Assembly: GCA_963801275.1 (NCBI GenBank)
Contig: CAWDEF010000001.1
Location: forward strand, 522,162 to 586,161
Length of the DNA: 64,000 bases
DNA from: an uncultured Acidobacteriota bacterium
GTDB lineage: Bacteria > Acidobacteriota > Thermoanaerobaculia > UBA5066 > Gp7-AA6
Direction: 5' to 3'
The notes under the pieces were generated by a model. That model searched no databases. It was not told the DNA's origin and was given only the letters and a program-made list of their open reading frames with translations. This document shows positions 37,660 to 48,031 of this stretch, piece by piece. Position 1 is the first letter of the stretch. Each line of letters opens with the position of its first letter. The position numbers were made by a program, and so were the translations under genes.

Positions 37660-39078
37660 CTACGTCCGGCGGCGGTCGGCCGCGCCGGCACCTCGGTCGG
37701 TCGCGCGGCGGCGCGGCCGCGGGGGCTCGGTGAGGACGGTTCCCTCGCCCTCGAACTTGATTTTGGGCGCCGACGCCGAGTCGGGCTGCATGACTTCTTC
37801 CAGGAAGCGGTCTTCGAGGACCGCCGGAAGGAGGTTCCCGGACCAGGCGACCAGATCGTGCGCGGAGACGATCAGCGGGAAATCCGCAGTAACCTCGTGG
37901 GCCAGGAGTGGGCCCGTGACCGAGAGGATCACGCTGCCCTGGCCCTGGATGCGCAGGATGTCCACCCGGCGGTTCATCCGAAAATCGTGGATCGGTTCGA
38001 GGCGAAAAGACAGACCGTGGTCCAGGGCGAGCAGGCGGCTCCCCTCGAGCGAAAGAGACTGCCCCGAAAGATCCCGCCGGAAGGCATGCCGGCCCGGGTC
38101 GTTGACGAAGAGATAACCCGTCCCGTCTGCTCGCAGGATCGCTTCCAGACGCGTGCCGCGGAAGGCCTGCTCGGCGGTAAACCGGACGTTGCCGCTGTAC
38201 CAGACCACGCAGCCCTTGCGCACGTAGACGATGCCGCGGGAGGCGATCTCGAGCGCGCCGTCGGCCCGAACGACAAAAAGCGGATGCGCCTCGGCCGGCC
38301 GCTCGGCCGCGATCTCGTCGGTCCACCGCTCTGCCTCGGATTCCGTCGTGCTCGCCGTCGCGGGAGACGGCTCCTGCACCGGAGCCGGGGGCGGCTCGCT
38401 CGATTCGTCGCCGCGGCTCACATCGGCCGAGACAGACGAAGACGGCTCGGCTTGCTCGGTTTCGGCCAGACGAAGCGCCGGACGCGCTGGAGGTTCCGGC
38501 GGCTCGACCTCGGTCGCCGGCAGAAAGGGCGGGTGCTCGGACACGGCGGCGCTGTCGGCCGAGATCACGGACTCCGGCGCCGATGGCGCGCGCAGTCCGC
38601 GGCGCAGCGCCTCCTCGATCTCACTCACGAGCTTCTTCGCTCCGGCAAACCTCAGGTGTTCCAGGGCGAGGCCGAGCTTTCCGCGGTTGCGGTAGAGGAG
38701 CCCCAGGTACAGGTGGCTCCGCGCATGGTCCGGCTTGATCTCGACGGCGCGCGAGAGCTCGCTCTCGGCCTCCTCGAGCACGCCTGCCTTGAAGAGGATC
38801 AGGCCCAGGTTGGCGTGGAGCACAGCCGAGTCCGGATTCTTGTTGAGGAGGGTCCGAGCCACCTGCGCCGCTTCCAGAAAGTTGCCGCGCTTGAACTCGA
38901 GAATCGAGAGCAGGTTCAGCACGTCCTCATCCTCTGGCCGCAGCATTTGGGCGCGCTCGAGCTCCTCGCGCGCGGCGTCGAGCTTGGCCTCCCGGAGGGC
39001 CTTGCGGGCGCGGATCAGGTGAACGAGAAAGACGCCCTGATCGACAGAAGGCGTCTCGCCGGGTGCGCGCGCGACCAT
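37660..39078 (-). CDS. TPR plus AIM24-like domain protein
   Basis: N-terminal TPRs (HANLGLILFKAG, HLYLGLLY), acidic/Pro linker, C-terminal beta repeats (GTGYLFV, QGQGSVIL, LVAWSG, FEGEGTVL). Confidence 0.72.
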   Translation of the reverse strand: MVARAPGETPSVDQGVFLVHLIRARKALREAKLDAAREELERAQMLRPEDEDVLNLLSILEFKRGNFLEAAQVARTLLNKNPDSAVLHANLGLILFKAGVLEEAESELSRAVEIKPDHARSHLYLGLLYRNRGKLGLALEHLRFAGAKKLVSEIEEALRRGLRAPSAPESVISADSAAVSEHPPFLPATEVEPPEPPARPALRLAETEQAEPSSSVSADVSRGDESSEPPPAPVQEPSPATASTTESEAERWTDEIAAERPAEAHPLFVVRADGALEIASRGIVYVRKGCVVWYSGNVRFTAEQAFRGTRLEAILRADGTGYLFVNDPGRHAFRRDLSGQSLSLEGSRLLALDHGLSFRLEPIHDFRMNRRVDILRIQGQGSVILSVTGPLLAHEVTADFPLIVSAHDLVAWSGNLLPAVLEDRFLEEVMQPDSASAPKIKFEGEGTVLTEPPRPRRRATDRGAGAADRRRT

Positions 39079-39091
39079 GGCCGCGCGCCTG

Positions 39092-39802
39092 CTAGAAGGC
39101 TTCCCGACGGGCCGGCGGCCGAACGGCCGGATCCGTCGTCAGAACGGGCCGGTTGTTGGCGTCCCGGGTCAGGTGAACCGGCCGGCCCTTCGAGCCGCCG
39201 AACGTCGACTCCGGGGGCAGGGCGTACGCGCCGGCGAGCGAGGAGTCGCCGTAGTAGGCGGTCAGGGCCTTGTGCACGTAGAGCCGCGTCTCGTCATAGG
39301 GCGGAATGCCGCCGTAGCGCAGCACGGCAGCCTCGCCCGCATTGTACGCCGCCAGGGACTTGGGCAGGTCGTTGTCGAAGAGGCCCATGAGGTAGGAAAG
39401 ATGCGTGGCCCCGCCGCGGATGTTCTCGGCGGGATCGAGAATGTTCTCCACACCGTGCTGCTTCGCGGTCTCGGGCATCAGCTGCATGAGACCGCGAGCC
39501 CCCTTGCGCGAGACGGCCGCGGGATTGAATGCCGACTCGACGAGCATGACGGACTTCACGAGCCGTGGATCGACCGCGTGCGCGCGCGCCGCCTCCTCGA
39601 TGAGATCGTCGTAGAGGCAGGGCAGGGAAACGCGCGCCTTCAGCCAGCCGTCCGCGTGCCGGAGAGCCACGTGCACCGACTCTCCGATCCCGTCGTTGTA
39701 CACGATTCGGCGCCCGTTCTTCCAGGTCACGCGCACGCGGGCCTCGGCGGAAAGGCAGCCGAGGAAAAGGAAACAGAGGCCGAGAAGACCCTTCCACTTC
39801 AT
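39092..39802 (-). CDS. Soluble lytic transglycosylase (SLT domain)
   Basis: Signal peptide; VESAFNP.AVSRKGARGLMQLMP, AAYNAG, PPYDETRLYV. Confidence 0.93.
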   Translation of the reverse strand: MKWKGLLGLCFLFLGCLSAEARVRVTWKNGRRIVYNDGIGESVHVALRHADGWLKARVSLPCLYDDLIEEAARAHAVDPRLVKSVMLVESAFNPAAVSRKGARGLMQLMPETAKQHGVENILDPAENIRGGATHLSYLMGLFDNDLPKSLAAYNAGEAAVLRYGGIPPYDETRLYVHKALTAYYGDSSLAGAYALPPESTFGGSKGRPVHLTRDANNRPVLTTDPAVRPPARREAF

Positions 39803-39865
39803 CGCGATGTTTTTGGTCCGGTCCCGAGAGTCTGCACATTATAGCGCAGACGAAAAGAGCGCGGC

Positions 39866-42538
39866 CTACGCGACCTCGTCCAGCAGGTCCCGCAACGCCG
39901 CTTCCGCTTCCGCCAGGGCCGCCGGAAGGAGAGCCTCGTTCCTGCCGCCTGCCTGCGCCAGGTCGGCCTTTCCGCCGCCGCTGCCGCCCAGGGCCTTGCC
40001 GATCCGGGCGGCGATCCGGGATGCCGGCACGCGGCCCGCAAGATCCGATGTGACCGCCGCCACGACCGAGGTCTTTCCTTCGTGCGTGCTGCCTACGACG
40101 ACCACACCGCTCTTGATTCGCGAACGCAGCGTGTCGGACAGATTTCGCAGTTCAGGGATCGAGAGGCCCGGCGCGATCCGGCGCACGAGCGCGATGCCGC
40201 CCACCTCCACCGTCTCGCCCGTGGCTCCCCCATCGCCCGAGGCGAGCTTGAGCTTGAGCGCCTGGAGCTCGCGCTCGAGCCCCTTGAGCCTCTCCTCGCG
40301 CTCCTGCCACCGGACGGCCAGCTCCTCCCGCGGCGCCTGCACGGCGGAGGCGATCTCGTTCAAGATCTGCTCATCGCGCGACAGCAACTCCACGGCGCCC
40401 ATCGACGTGACCGCCTCGAGCCTCCGCACGCCCGCTGCCAGCGCCTTGTCCGAAACGATCTTGAAGGCCCCGATCTCGCCGGTGCGGCCCACATGGCACC
40501 CCCCGCAGAGCTCCGTCGAGAACCCGGGCACCTCCACGACACGCACTCGCTCGGCGTACTTTTCCCCGAAGAACATGTCCGCGCCCTTCCGGCGGGCCTC
40601 CTCCATGTCCATGACCTGCTTGGAGACCGGCCGATCGCGCAGGATCTCCTCGTTGACGAGCCGCTCGATCTCCCGGAGTTGCTCGGCCGCCGGCGCCGAG
40701 GCCGCCGCGTAGTCGAACCGCAGCCGGTCGGGGGCGACGAGAGACCCCATCTGCCGCGCCGATGCTCCGAGGACCTGGCGCAGCGCCGCATGGAGGAGGT
40801 GCGTTCCCGTGTGGTTGGCCTGCGTCCGCCGGCGTGTCCATTCGGGAACCGACATCGAGACCGTCGTGCCGATCTCCAGGCGCCCCGCGGCAACCCGCAC
40901 CCGGTGCGCGATCAGGCCGGGCACCGGACGGCGCACGTCGGTCACCTCAGCCTCGCCTCCTGCCCAGGCCCAGATTCCCGTGTCCGCGACCTGTCCGCCG
41001 CCCTCCGGATAGAAGACGGTCCGGTCGGCGACGGCCTCTCCCGCCTGACCCGTCTCCAGGCTCGACACGGGACTTCCGTCCCGCAGGAGGCCGACCACGC
41101 GCGCGCCTTCGAGCGATACGAAGTCCTGCTCGGGATATCCCCGAAACACCGAGTGCGCGTCCGGTAGCTTCAGCTTCTCGAAGGCCGAGGCGTCCGCGGC
41201 CTCGAACTTGGCCGCAGCCTTGGAGCGCTCCCGCTGTTCCCGCATCGAGGCCTCGAAACCTTCCCGGTCGATGGCGAGTCCTTCGTCCGCCGCGATCTCC
41301 TCGATCACGTCGACGGGGATGCCGTGGGTATCGTAGAGGCGAAAGAGCGTCGCTCCCGGGAGGCGGCGCTCTCCGGAACGGCGCAGCTTCTCGACCTCTT
41401 CTCCCACCCGCTCCGCCCCCTCGGCGAGCGTGCGGGCGAACCGGATCTCCTCCTCTCGCAGAACTCGGGCGATGGCGTCCTCCCTGGCAGCGTCCGCGGG
41501 CCTGTCGGGAAAAAAGTAAATCTCCGCGAACGTCTCGACGACCGGTCGGACGAGTTCGGGGAGAAACGGCTGCTCGAAGGAGACCCCGAGATGCTTCGCA
41601 TAGCGCCCCGCGCGCCGGATGATGCGCCGCAGCACGTAGCCACGGCCGTCGTTGGCGGGCAGGGCGCCGTCGTGGATCAGCATGGTCGCCGCCCGCACGT
41701 GATCGGCGATGACCCGAAAGGGCGCGTCCTCGACCGCCATGCCTCCGCGGTACGAACGCCCCGAGAGCCGCTCCACCTGCTCGATGATCGGACGGAAGAG
41801 GTCGGTGTCGAAGTTGTTGTTGGCGCCCTGCAAGATCGCCGCGATGCGCTCGAGCCCCGCCCCGGTATCCACCGAAGGCCGGGGCAGAGGCGTCATCGCT
41901 CCGGACGCATCGCGCTCGAACTGCATGAAGACGAGGTTCCAGATCTCGAGCACCCGGTCCCCTACGCCGTTGGGGATGGCATCTCCGGGGACGCCAGGGC
42001 CCTGATCGTAGTGAACTTCCGAGCAGGGGCCGCACGGCCCCGTCTCTCCCATCGCCCAGAAGTTGTCCTTCTCACCGAACCGGCGGATCCGGTCCTTGGG
42101 CAGGTGCCGTTCCCAAAGTCGGGCCGCCTCGTCGTCGTCGGTGTACACGGTCGCCCAGAGTCGGCCGGGTTCCAGTCCGTACCCCTGGGAGCGATCCGTC
42201 ACGAGCTCCCAGGCAAACGCAATGGCTTCGTCCTTGAAGTAGTCGCCAAAAGAGAAGTTGCCGAGCATCTCGAAGAACGTATGGTGTCGGCCCGTGTACC
42301 CCACGTTGTCGAGGTCGTTGTGCTTGCCGCCCGCACGCACGCACTTCTGCGAGGTTGTCGCCCGGCGATAGTCGCGGCGCTCCCTCCCCGTGAAGACGTC
42401 CTTGAACTGGTTCATGCCGGCGTTGGTGAAGAGGAGCGTCGGATCCTCGGCCGGGATGAGAGACGAGGAGGGCACGCGGCGGTGGTCGCGCCGCTCGAAG
42501 TAGCTAAGGAACTTCTCCCGAACTTCCGTCGACTTCAT
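39866..42538 (-). CDS. alaS: Alanine--tRNA ligase
   Basis: LLFTNAGMNQFK, HHTFFEMLGNFSFGDYFK, DTGAGLER, NHTGTHLLH, ELCGGCH, GGGKADLAQAGG. Confidence 0.98.
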   Translation of the reverse strand: MKSTEVREKFLSYFERRDHRRVPSSSLIPAEDPTLLFTNAGMNQFKDVFTGRERRDYRRATTSQKCVRAGGKHNDLDNVGYTGRHHTFFEMLGNFSFGDYFKDEAIAFAWELVTDRSQGYGLEPGRLWATVYTDDDEAARLWERHLPKDRIRRFGEKDNFWAMGETGPCGPCSEVHYDQGPGVPGDAIPNGVGDRVLEIWNLVFMQFERDASGAMTPLPRPSVDTGAGLERIAAILQGANNNFDTDLFRPIIEQVERLSGRSYRGGMAVEDAPFRVIADHVRAATMLIHDGALPANDGRGYVLRRIIRRAGRYAKHLGVSFEQPFLPELVRPVVETFAEIYFFPDRPADAAREDAIARVLREEEIRFARTLAEGAERVGEEVEKLRRSGERRLPGATLFRLYDTHGIPVDVIEEIAADEGLAIDREGFEASMREQRERSKAAAKFEAADASAFEKLKLPDAHSVFRGYPEQDFVSLEGARVVGLLRDGSPVSSLETGQAGEAVADRTVFYPEGGGQVADTGIWAWAGGEAEVTDVRRPVPGLIAHRVRVAAGRLEIGTTVSMSVPEWTRRRTQANHTGTHLLHAALRQVLGASARQMGSLVAPDRLRFDYAAASAPAAEQLREIERLVNEEILRDRPVSKQVMDMEEARRKGADMFFGEKYAERVRVVEVPGFSTELCGGCHVGRTGEIGAFKIVSDKALAAGVRRLEAVTSMGAVELLSRDEQILNEIASAVQAPREELAVRWQEREERLKGLERELQALKLKLASGDGGATGETVEVGGIALVRRIAPGLSIPELRNLSDTLRSRIKSGVVVVGSTHEGKTSVVAAVTSDLAGRVPASRIAARIGKALGGSGGGKADLAQAGGRNEALLPAALAEAEAALRDLLDEVA

Positions 42539-43016
42539 GCGAGTCCGAGATCATCGCAGAAATCGCATCCGCCGCGAAACCCCGGGCGATCAGCGCGCGA
42601 CGCACCCGCGCGTCCCGCTCTCGCCGCGGAAGGCCCGCCGTCTGCTTCCAGAGCCGCTTGGCGGCGGCCGCCAGCGCTTCGGATTCCCGCCCGCCGTCGA
42701 GCTCGTCGAGAGCGCGCGACGCCGTCTCTCTCGAGAAGCCGCGCGCGGCGAGCTCCCGGCCGATTCGCACCCGGCCGTAGCGCGTCGCCCGCGCCCGGAC
42801 GACGGCCCGTGCCGCCTCGAGGTCCTGCAACCAGCCCTGAGACTCGAGCCGATCGAGCGCCTCTTGCGCCGCCGCAGCCACGAAGCCGCGCCGCTCGAGC
42901 TCTCGCAAGAGCTCGACCCGGCCGCGCGAGCGAACGCCGAGCAGCCTCAGGGCTCGGGCATAGGCGGCCTCCGCGGACCCGGGCTCTCGGGCGCGGACGA
43001 TCCGGCGGGACGTCAC
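42504..43016 (-). CDS. recX: RecX regulatory protein
   Basis: ALRLLGVRSR..EL..L.RRG, G..RI..EL..RG, RALIARGF; directly upstream of alaS. Confidence 0.88.
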   Translation of the reverse strand: MTSRRIVRAREPGSAEAAYARALRLLGVRSRGRVELLRELERRGFVAAAAQEALDRLESQGWLQDLEAARAVVRARATRYGRVRIGRELAARGFSRETASRALDELDGGRESEALAAAAKRLWKQTAGLPRRERDARVRRALIARGFAADAISAMISDSHEVDGSSGEVP

Positions 43017-43037
43017 GGCCTCGGCGGCCGGCGCGGC

Positions 43038-44228
43038 TCAGCGGCCGGCCGGCGGCTGATTGCTGAAGTCGAAGGGGGATTCCTCGCCGGCGACCCCACT
43101 GTACTCGCCCGGCGCCTCGAGCTCGGAGTCCATCTCCTCACGGGCGATGTCCGAGGTGGACTGGATGCCCTGGAGCTTCAACTTGAACTCGTTGGCGTTG
43201 GTCGCCCGCTTCAAGGCCTCGTCCAGCGTGATGAGCCCCTGCTTGTACAGCATGTAGAGCGATTGGTCGAAGGTCTGCATGCCGTACTGCGAGGTTCCTG
43301 CCTGGATCGCGTCCTTCAAGAACTTCGTCTTTTCCTTGTTCTCGACGCACTCCCGGATGTACTGCGTGCGGATCAGGATCTCGGCCGCCGGAACGCGGCC
43401 CAGCCCGTCGGCGCGCGGCATCAGGCGCAGCGAGATGACCGCCTTGAGCACGGCTCCCAGCTGCAGCCGGATCTGCTTCTGCTGGTGCGGTGGGAAGACC
43501 GAGATGATTCGGTTGACGGTCTCGGTGGCGTCCAGGGTGTGCAGCGTCGAAAAGACCAGGTGGCCCGTCTCGGCTGCCAGCAGCGCGGTCTCGATCGTCT
43601 CGTGGTCGCGCATCTCGCCGACCAGGATCACGTCCGGGTCCTGCCGCAGGGCGCTGCGCAGGGCCACCGAGAATCCCTTCGTGTCCACCTCGACCTCACG
43701 CTGGTTGACGATGGACTTCTTGTCGCGGTGCAGAAACTCGATCGGGTCCTCGACGGTCACGATGTGCTCGTTGCGCAGGGTATTGATGTGATCGATCATC
43801 GCCGCGAGCGTGGTCGACTTTCCGGAGCCCGTGGTCCCGGTGCAGAGCACCATCCCGCGCTGCTCCTGGCAGATCTTCTCGAGAACAGGCGGCAGCAACA
43901 GGTCGCGGATCGTGAGGATGCGGGCCGGGATGACCCGCAGCACCAGCCCGACCGTGCCCCGCTGCTGAAAGATGTTGCAACGGAAACGGCCGAGGTTCGG
44001 CACCGAGTACGCGATGTCGATCTCCAGATCGTTCTTGAACTTCTCTTTCTGCCGGGCGGACATGATCGAGAAGGCCATCGCGATCGTGTCTTCCTGCATC
44101 AGGCGGCGCGTGTCGGTCAGGGCGAGAAGTTGCCCGTCGACGCGGATGACGGGGAACGCGCTCACCTTCAGGTGCAGGTCGGACGCCTTGCGCTCGACTG
44201 CCACCTTGAGCAGATCATTGATGTGCAT
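43038..44228 (-). CDS. pilT: PilT/PilU-family type IV pilus ATPase
   Basis: ASDLHL, GTTGSGKSTT, TVEDPIE, ALRQDPDVILVGEMRD, AETGHLVFSTLHT, GMQTFDQSL. Confidence 0.9.
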   Translation of the reverse strand: MHINDLLKVAVERKASDLHLKVSAFPVIRVDGQLLALTDTRRLMQEDTIAMAFSIMSARQKEKFKNDLEIDIAYSVPNLGRFRCNIFQQRGTVGLVLRVIPARILTIRDLLLPPVLEKICQEQRGMVLCTGTTGSGKSTTLAAMIDHINTLRNEHIVTVEDPIEFLHRDKKSIVNQREVEVDTKGFSVALRSALRQDPDVILVGEMRDHETIETALLAAETGHLVFSTLHTLDATETVNRIISVFPPHQQKQIRLQLGAVLKAVISLRLMPRADGLGRVPAAEILIRTQYIRECVENKEKTKFLKDAIQAGTSQYGMQTFDQSLYMLYKQGLITLDEALKRATNANEFKLKLQGIQSTSDIAREEMDSELEAPGEYSGVAGEESPFDFSNQPPAGR

Positions 44229-44352
44229 CGATTGAACCTCTTTTAGCCGTTCAGTTTACGCCGGTCGACCGCGGATAGAAAGAGTGCGCGAGCCAAAAGG
44301 GGCCGCATCGGGCGGGACTCGACCCGCGCCGGAGCCATAACTCCTTGGGGGA

Positions 44353-45291
44353 CTAGACCCTGGCCTCGACCGGCACGGGCGTCAGCCAGCCGTATCGGTC
44401 CTCGGTGTCTCCGCGCAACAGCGCGAAGAATTCCTTCTGCAGCCGCTCCGTAACCGGGCCCCGCCCGCCCGAACCCACCGGGATCCGGTCCACCGACCGG
44501 ATCGGGGTCACCTCGGCCGCGGTTCCCGTGAAGAAGGCCTCCTCGGCGACGTACAACATCTCCCGGGCGATCTGCTGCTCCACAACCGTGTAGCCCGCGT
44601 CGCGCGCGAGCGTCATCAGGGAGTCGCGCGTGATGCCCGGCAGGATCGTTCCAGACAGCGGGGGCGTCAGGATCTTGCCGCCATAGACGAGGAAGATGTT
44701 CTCGCCGCTCCCCTCCGAGATGCGCCCGGCGTTGTCGAGGGCGATCCCCTCGGTGTAGCCGTTGGTGATGGCTTCCATCTTGATGAGCTGGGAGTTCAGG
44801 TAGTTGCCCGTCGCCTTGGCCATGGCGGGAAACGTGTTGGGCGCCATGCGGTTCCAGGAAGAGACGCAGACGTCCACACCGCTCTCGATTGCCTCGTCGC
44901 CGAGATACTTTCCCCAACGCCAGACGGCGATCAGGACATCGATCGGACTCTTGAAGGGATTGACCCCGAGCGCTCCGACTCCCCGGTAGACGACCGGCCG
45001 GATGTAGCACTCCTCGAAACCGTTGGCGCGAATGGTTTCGAAGATCGCATCGCGAAACTCCGCCACCGTGTACGGGATCTGCATCCGGTAAACCTTGCAG
45101 GAGTCGTACATCCGCTTGATGTGCTCCTCCAGGCGGAACGCGGCGGGTCCGTTGCGGGTTTTGTAGACACGGGCCCCCTCGAACATCGCCGAGCCGTAGT
45201 GGAAGATGTGGGCAAAGGCGTGGATTTTCGCGTCCGCGAAATCCACGAGCCGGCCGTTCATCCAGACCTTCTTGACGTCGTCGTAGGACAT
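44353..45291 (-). CDS. ilvE: Branched-chain amino acid aminotransferase
   Basis: SD GGAGG, start MSYDDVKK; [42 protein letters not shown]. Confidence 0.95.
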   Translation of the reverse strand: MSYDDVKKVWMNGRLVDFADAKIHAFAHIFHYGSAMFEGARVYKTRNGPAAFRLEEHIKRMYDSCKVYRMQIPYTVAEFRDAIFETIRANGFEECYIRPVVYRGVGALGVNPFKSPIDVLIAVWRWGKYLGDEAIESGVDVCVSSWNRMAPNTFPAMAKATGNYLNSQLIKMEAITNGYTEGIALDNAGRISEGSGENIFLVYGGKILTPPLSGTILPGITRDSLMTLARDAGYTVVEQQIAREMLYVAEEAFFTGTAAEVTPIRSVDRIPVGSGGRGPVTERLQKEFFALLRGDTEDRYGWLTPVPVEARV

Positions 45292-45364
45292 CGTCACCTC
45301 CGAGGAATTCCGAGGCGCGTGGCGGGCACGGGAGAGTATCCCCCCGCGCAAAAGGCGGTGTCAA

Positions 45365-46090
45365 TCACACCGTAGTGGAGGCTGCATTCCCCGAGAGCGC
45401 CGCGCGCAGCAGCGTGAGTCCGGCGAGCGCAGCAGTCTCCGTTCGCAGGCGCCCCGCAGGCAACGCCGTGACCGCCCAGCCGAGACGGCGCGCCGACGCG
45501 ACTTCGCGCGGCGTCCAGCCTCCCTCGGGGCCGACGGCCAGAGCCGCCGCGCCGGGCTCGAGGGTCGCCGGAAAGCCACCGCCCGCCGGATCGAGAAACA
45601 GCCGGTGCGCAGCCGTCTGTGTGCGCAACGACTCCTGCAGCGAAAAAGGCCCTTCGATTCGAACTGCCCGCATTGTCCCGGATTGCTTGGCCGCGGCGAT
45701 CGCGACCCGTTCGAGCCGGCGGCGAACCGCCTCGGTGGCGCGGAACGCCTGCGAGCGTTCGGCGCGCACGAGAAGGAGGCGCGTCGCGCCGAGCTCGGTC
45801 GCCTTCTCGGCAATCCAGGCCAGCCGCTCCGTCCGCACCCCGGCGACCAGAATCGTCAAGGCCGGCCCGGCGCCTTCCCCGTCGAGCCACCGCCCGACGC
45901 AGAGCTCGACCCCCGCGCGAGGCGCGCGCACGACGCGGGCGCTGGCGCCCCGGCCCGTCCCGTCGAAGAGCAGGACCTCGTCGCCCGGGGAGAGCCGCCG
46001 GGCGCGCGCGTGAGCCGTTTCCGAGGCCGGCAGCCTCACGCTCGCCCCTTCCTCCGGAAGCTGCTCTACGAAGAGACGCGGGAGAGGCAC
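45365..46090 (-). CDS. rsmE: 16S rRNA m3U1498 methyltransferase
   Basis: PRLFV, LFDGTG, EKATELG, AAKQS, VGPEGG, LRTETA. GTG start at 46090 is inferred. Confidence 0.92.
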   Translation of the reverse strand: MPLPRLFVEQLPEEGASVRLPASETAHARARRLSPGDEVLLFDGTGRGASARVVRAPRAGVELCVGRWLDGEGAGPALTILVAGVRTERLAWIAEKATELGATRLLLVRAERSQAFRATEAVRRRLERVAIAAAKQSGTMRAVRIEGPFSLQESLRTQTAAHRLFLDPAGGGFPATLEPGAAALAVGPEGGWTPREVASARRLGWAVTALPAGRLRTETAALAGLTLLRAALSGNAASTTV

Positions 46091-46896
46091 AGGCAGCTCC
46101 ACTCCTTCTCGCGGTACCGGGCGGTGAGCCGCAGTCTTCGAGCGCGCGCCCGGCCGAGCAGCTGTTTCTCGCGGGAGGCCGGGATACCGGACAGGACCAG
46201 GCGGCCCGAAGGCGTCAGCCGGGCGAGCAGATCGGGAAAGATCGGAAGCAGCTCCTCCGGAAGCATGTTGGCCAGAACGATCGGGAACTGCCCGCGGCAA
46301 GCCCGAACCGGTCCGGCATAGAACGCGACGCTCGCGCCGAACGCGTGGCGGCGGGAATTCTCGCGCGCCACGAAGACGGCGTCGGGATCCGTGTCGAAGC
46401 CGATGGCGCGAGCGGCCCCGAGACCCGCCGCGGCGAGCGCCAGAACCCCCGACCCGGTCCCCGCGTCGAGCACTCGGGTTCCCGGCTCCACGATGTCCTC
46501 AAGCGCCAGCAAGGCGAGTCGCGTCGATTCGTGGTCTCCCGTTCCGAAGGCCCGTGAAGCGGGCAGCCGCAACGCGACCCGGGACGCGGGCGGCGCGGCG
46601 GGGCCCGGATCCCCGGGATCGATCCAGAGCCGACGCCCGACGGCGAAGGGACGGGAGGCAGCGCGAAACGCCTCGAGCGGATCTCCCTCCGGAAGGTCGG
46701 TCGAGAGGGAGCCGCGGTACCCGTGCGCCTCGGCCGCTGCCATCGCCTCCCGTGCGGCGCCCGCCGAACGGAAACAGGCGACCAGGTTTCGCCCCTCTTC
46801 GAGAAATCCGAGCGGCCCGTAGCGATAGAGCAGGCCGGTCAGAGCGTCGTCCTTGGCCTTGCGCGGGACCACGAAGCGCGAATACTTGAGAGGCAA
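46066..46896 (-). CDS. prmA: Ribosomal protein L11 methyltransferase
   Basis: AFGTGDHESTRL, VLDAGTGSGVLA, VLAN, LVLSGI, EW; dnaJ-prmA-rsmE order. Start approximate (TTG). Confidence 0.9.
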   Translation of the reverse strand: MPLKYSRFVVPRKAKDDALTGLLYRYGPLGFLEEGRNLVACFRSAGAAREAMAAAEAHGYRGSLSTDLPEGDPLEAFRAASRPFAVGRRLWIDPGDPGPAAPPASRVALRLPASRAFGTGDHESTRLALLALEDIVEPGTRVLDAGTGSGVLALAAAGLGAARAIGFDTDPDAVFVARENSRRHAFGASVAFYAGPVRACRGQFPIVLANMLPEELLPIFPDLLARLTPSGRLVLSGIPASREKQLLGRARARRLRLTARYREKEWSCLCLSRVSS

Positions 46897-46912
46897 GCGA
46901 CGCGATTCTCGC

Positions 46913-48028
46913 CTACTTGAAGATCTTCTTCGCCTTCCCGAAGACGCCCTTGCTGCCCACCGGAGCACCCGTCAGCTCGGCGTACCGCCGGAGCAGGTCC
47001 TTTTCCTCCCTCGAGGGCGCCTCCGGAACACGCACACCCGCCCGTACGACGAGATCTCCGCGTCCCCGGTGCCCCAGGCGGCCGAAGCCCCTGCCGCGCA
47101 ACCGAATCTCCGCGCCCGCGGGCGTTCCCGAGGCGATCGTGACCTTCTCGGGGCCTTCGCCTTCCAGCGTCGGAACCTCGATTTCGCCGCCCAGCACGAG
47201 CGTGGGAAACGGCAGGTCCAGGCGAAGAACGACATCGTCCCCCTCCCGCTCGAAGACCTCGTCCTCCGCCACGGTCAGCACGACGTAGAGGTCGCCCGCA
47301 CGTCCCCCCGAGGGACCCACGTCGCCTTCCCCTTGCAGACGCAGGCGCGAGCCCGTCTCGACACCTGCCGGAATCCGGATCTCGAGCTTTCGCGACTGTC
47401 GCGTCCGGCCCTCGCCCCGGCACGACGCACAGGGCCGGTCGATCACCCTTCCCTCTCCACGGCAGTTGGGACAGGGCCGCGTCACCGAGAGAAAGCCCTG
47501 GGAAAAGCGCTGGCGGCCCCGTCCGCCGCAGGCCGAACAGGCGTGGGGGCGCGATCCCGGCTCCGCGCCCGAACCCCCGCAGGCCTCGCAGCGCTCCAGC
47601 CGCGAGACGAGCAAGGGTGCCTCGGTTCCGAAAGCGGCGTCGCGGAAGGAGATTTCGATTCGATACACGAGATCGCTGCCTTCCATTGGCCGCGCGGCTC
47701 CGCCCGCGCCGAAGCCGAAGAGCTCGCCAAAGAGGTCCGAGAAATCCGCGAACACCGATGGATCGAACCCCGCGAACGGGCCGCCAGCCGCGGCGCCCGG
47801 AGAAACGCCGGCGTGGCCGAACCGATCGTATCGGGCGCGCTTCTCCTCGTCCGAGAGAATGGCGTAGGCCTCCGAGGCCTCCTTGAAGCGCTCGGCCGCC
47901 GCGGTGTCGTTGGGGTTACGGTCCGGATGCGACTGCATCGCGATCCGCCGGTACGCCGATTTCAGCTGCTGCCCGTCCGCGTCCCGGGACACGCCCAGGA
48001 CTTCGTAGTAGTCCCTCCTTGGCGCCAT
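46913..48028 (-). CDS. dnaJ: Chaperone DnaJ
   Basis: DYYEVLG, HPD, G/F-rich region, four CxxCxGxG repeats. Confidence 0.97.
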   Translation of the reverse strand: MAPRRDYYEVLGVSRDADGQQLKSAYRRIAMQSHPDRNPNDTAAAERFKEASEAYAILSDEEKRARYDRFGHAGVSPGAAAGGPFAGFDPSVFADFSDLFGELFGFGAGGAARPMEGSDLVYRIEISFRDAAFGTEAPLLVSRLERCEACGGSGAEPGSRPHACSACGGRGRQRFSQGFLSVTRPCPNCRGEGRVIDRPCASCRGEGRTRQSRKLEIRIPAGVETGSRLRLQGEGDVGPSGGRAGDLYVVLTVAEDEVFEREGDDVVLRLDLPFPTLVLGGEIEVPTLEGEGPEKVTIASGTPAGAEIRLRGRGFGRLGHRGRGDLVVRAGVRVPEAPSREEKDLLRRYAELTGAPVGSKGVFGKAKKIFK

Positions 48029-48031
48029 CGG

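Noticed and set aside
44280-44300. Possible sigma54 promoter upstream of the pilT-like gene (TTGGCTCG...)
   Set aside because: The -12 TTGC/GC element is missing at the required spacing.
44300-44332. tRNA T-arm-like GCGGGTCGAGTCCCGC on the minus strand, as a tRNA remnant or att site
   Set aside because: Lacks a full TTCGA loop, acceptor stem and CCA, and there is no integrase; more likely a terminator-type hairpin after ilvE.
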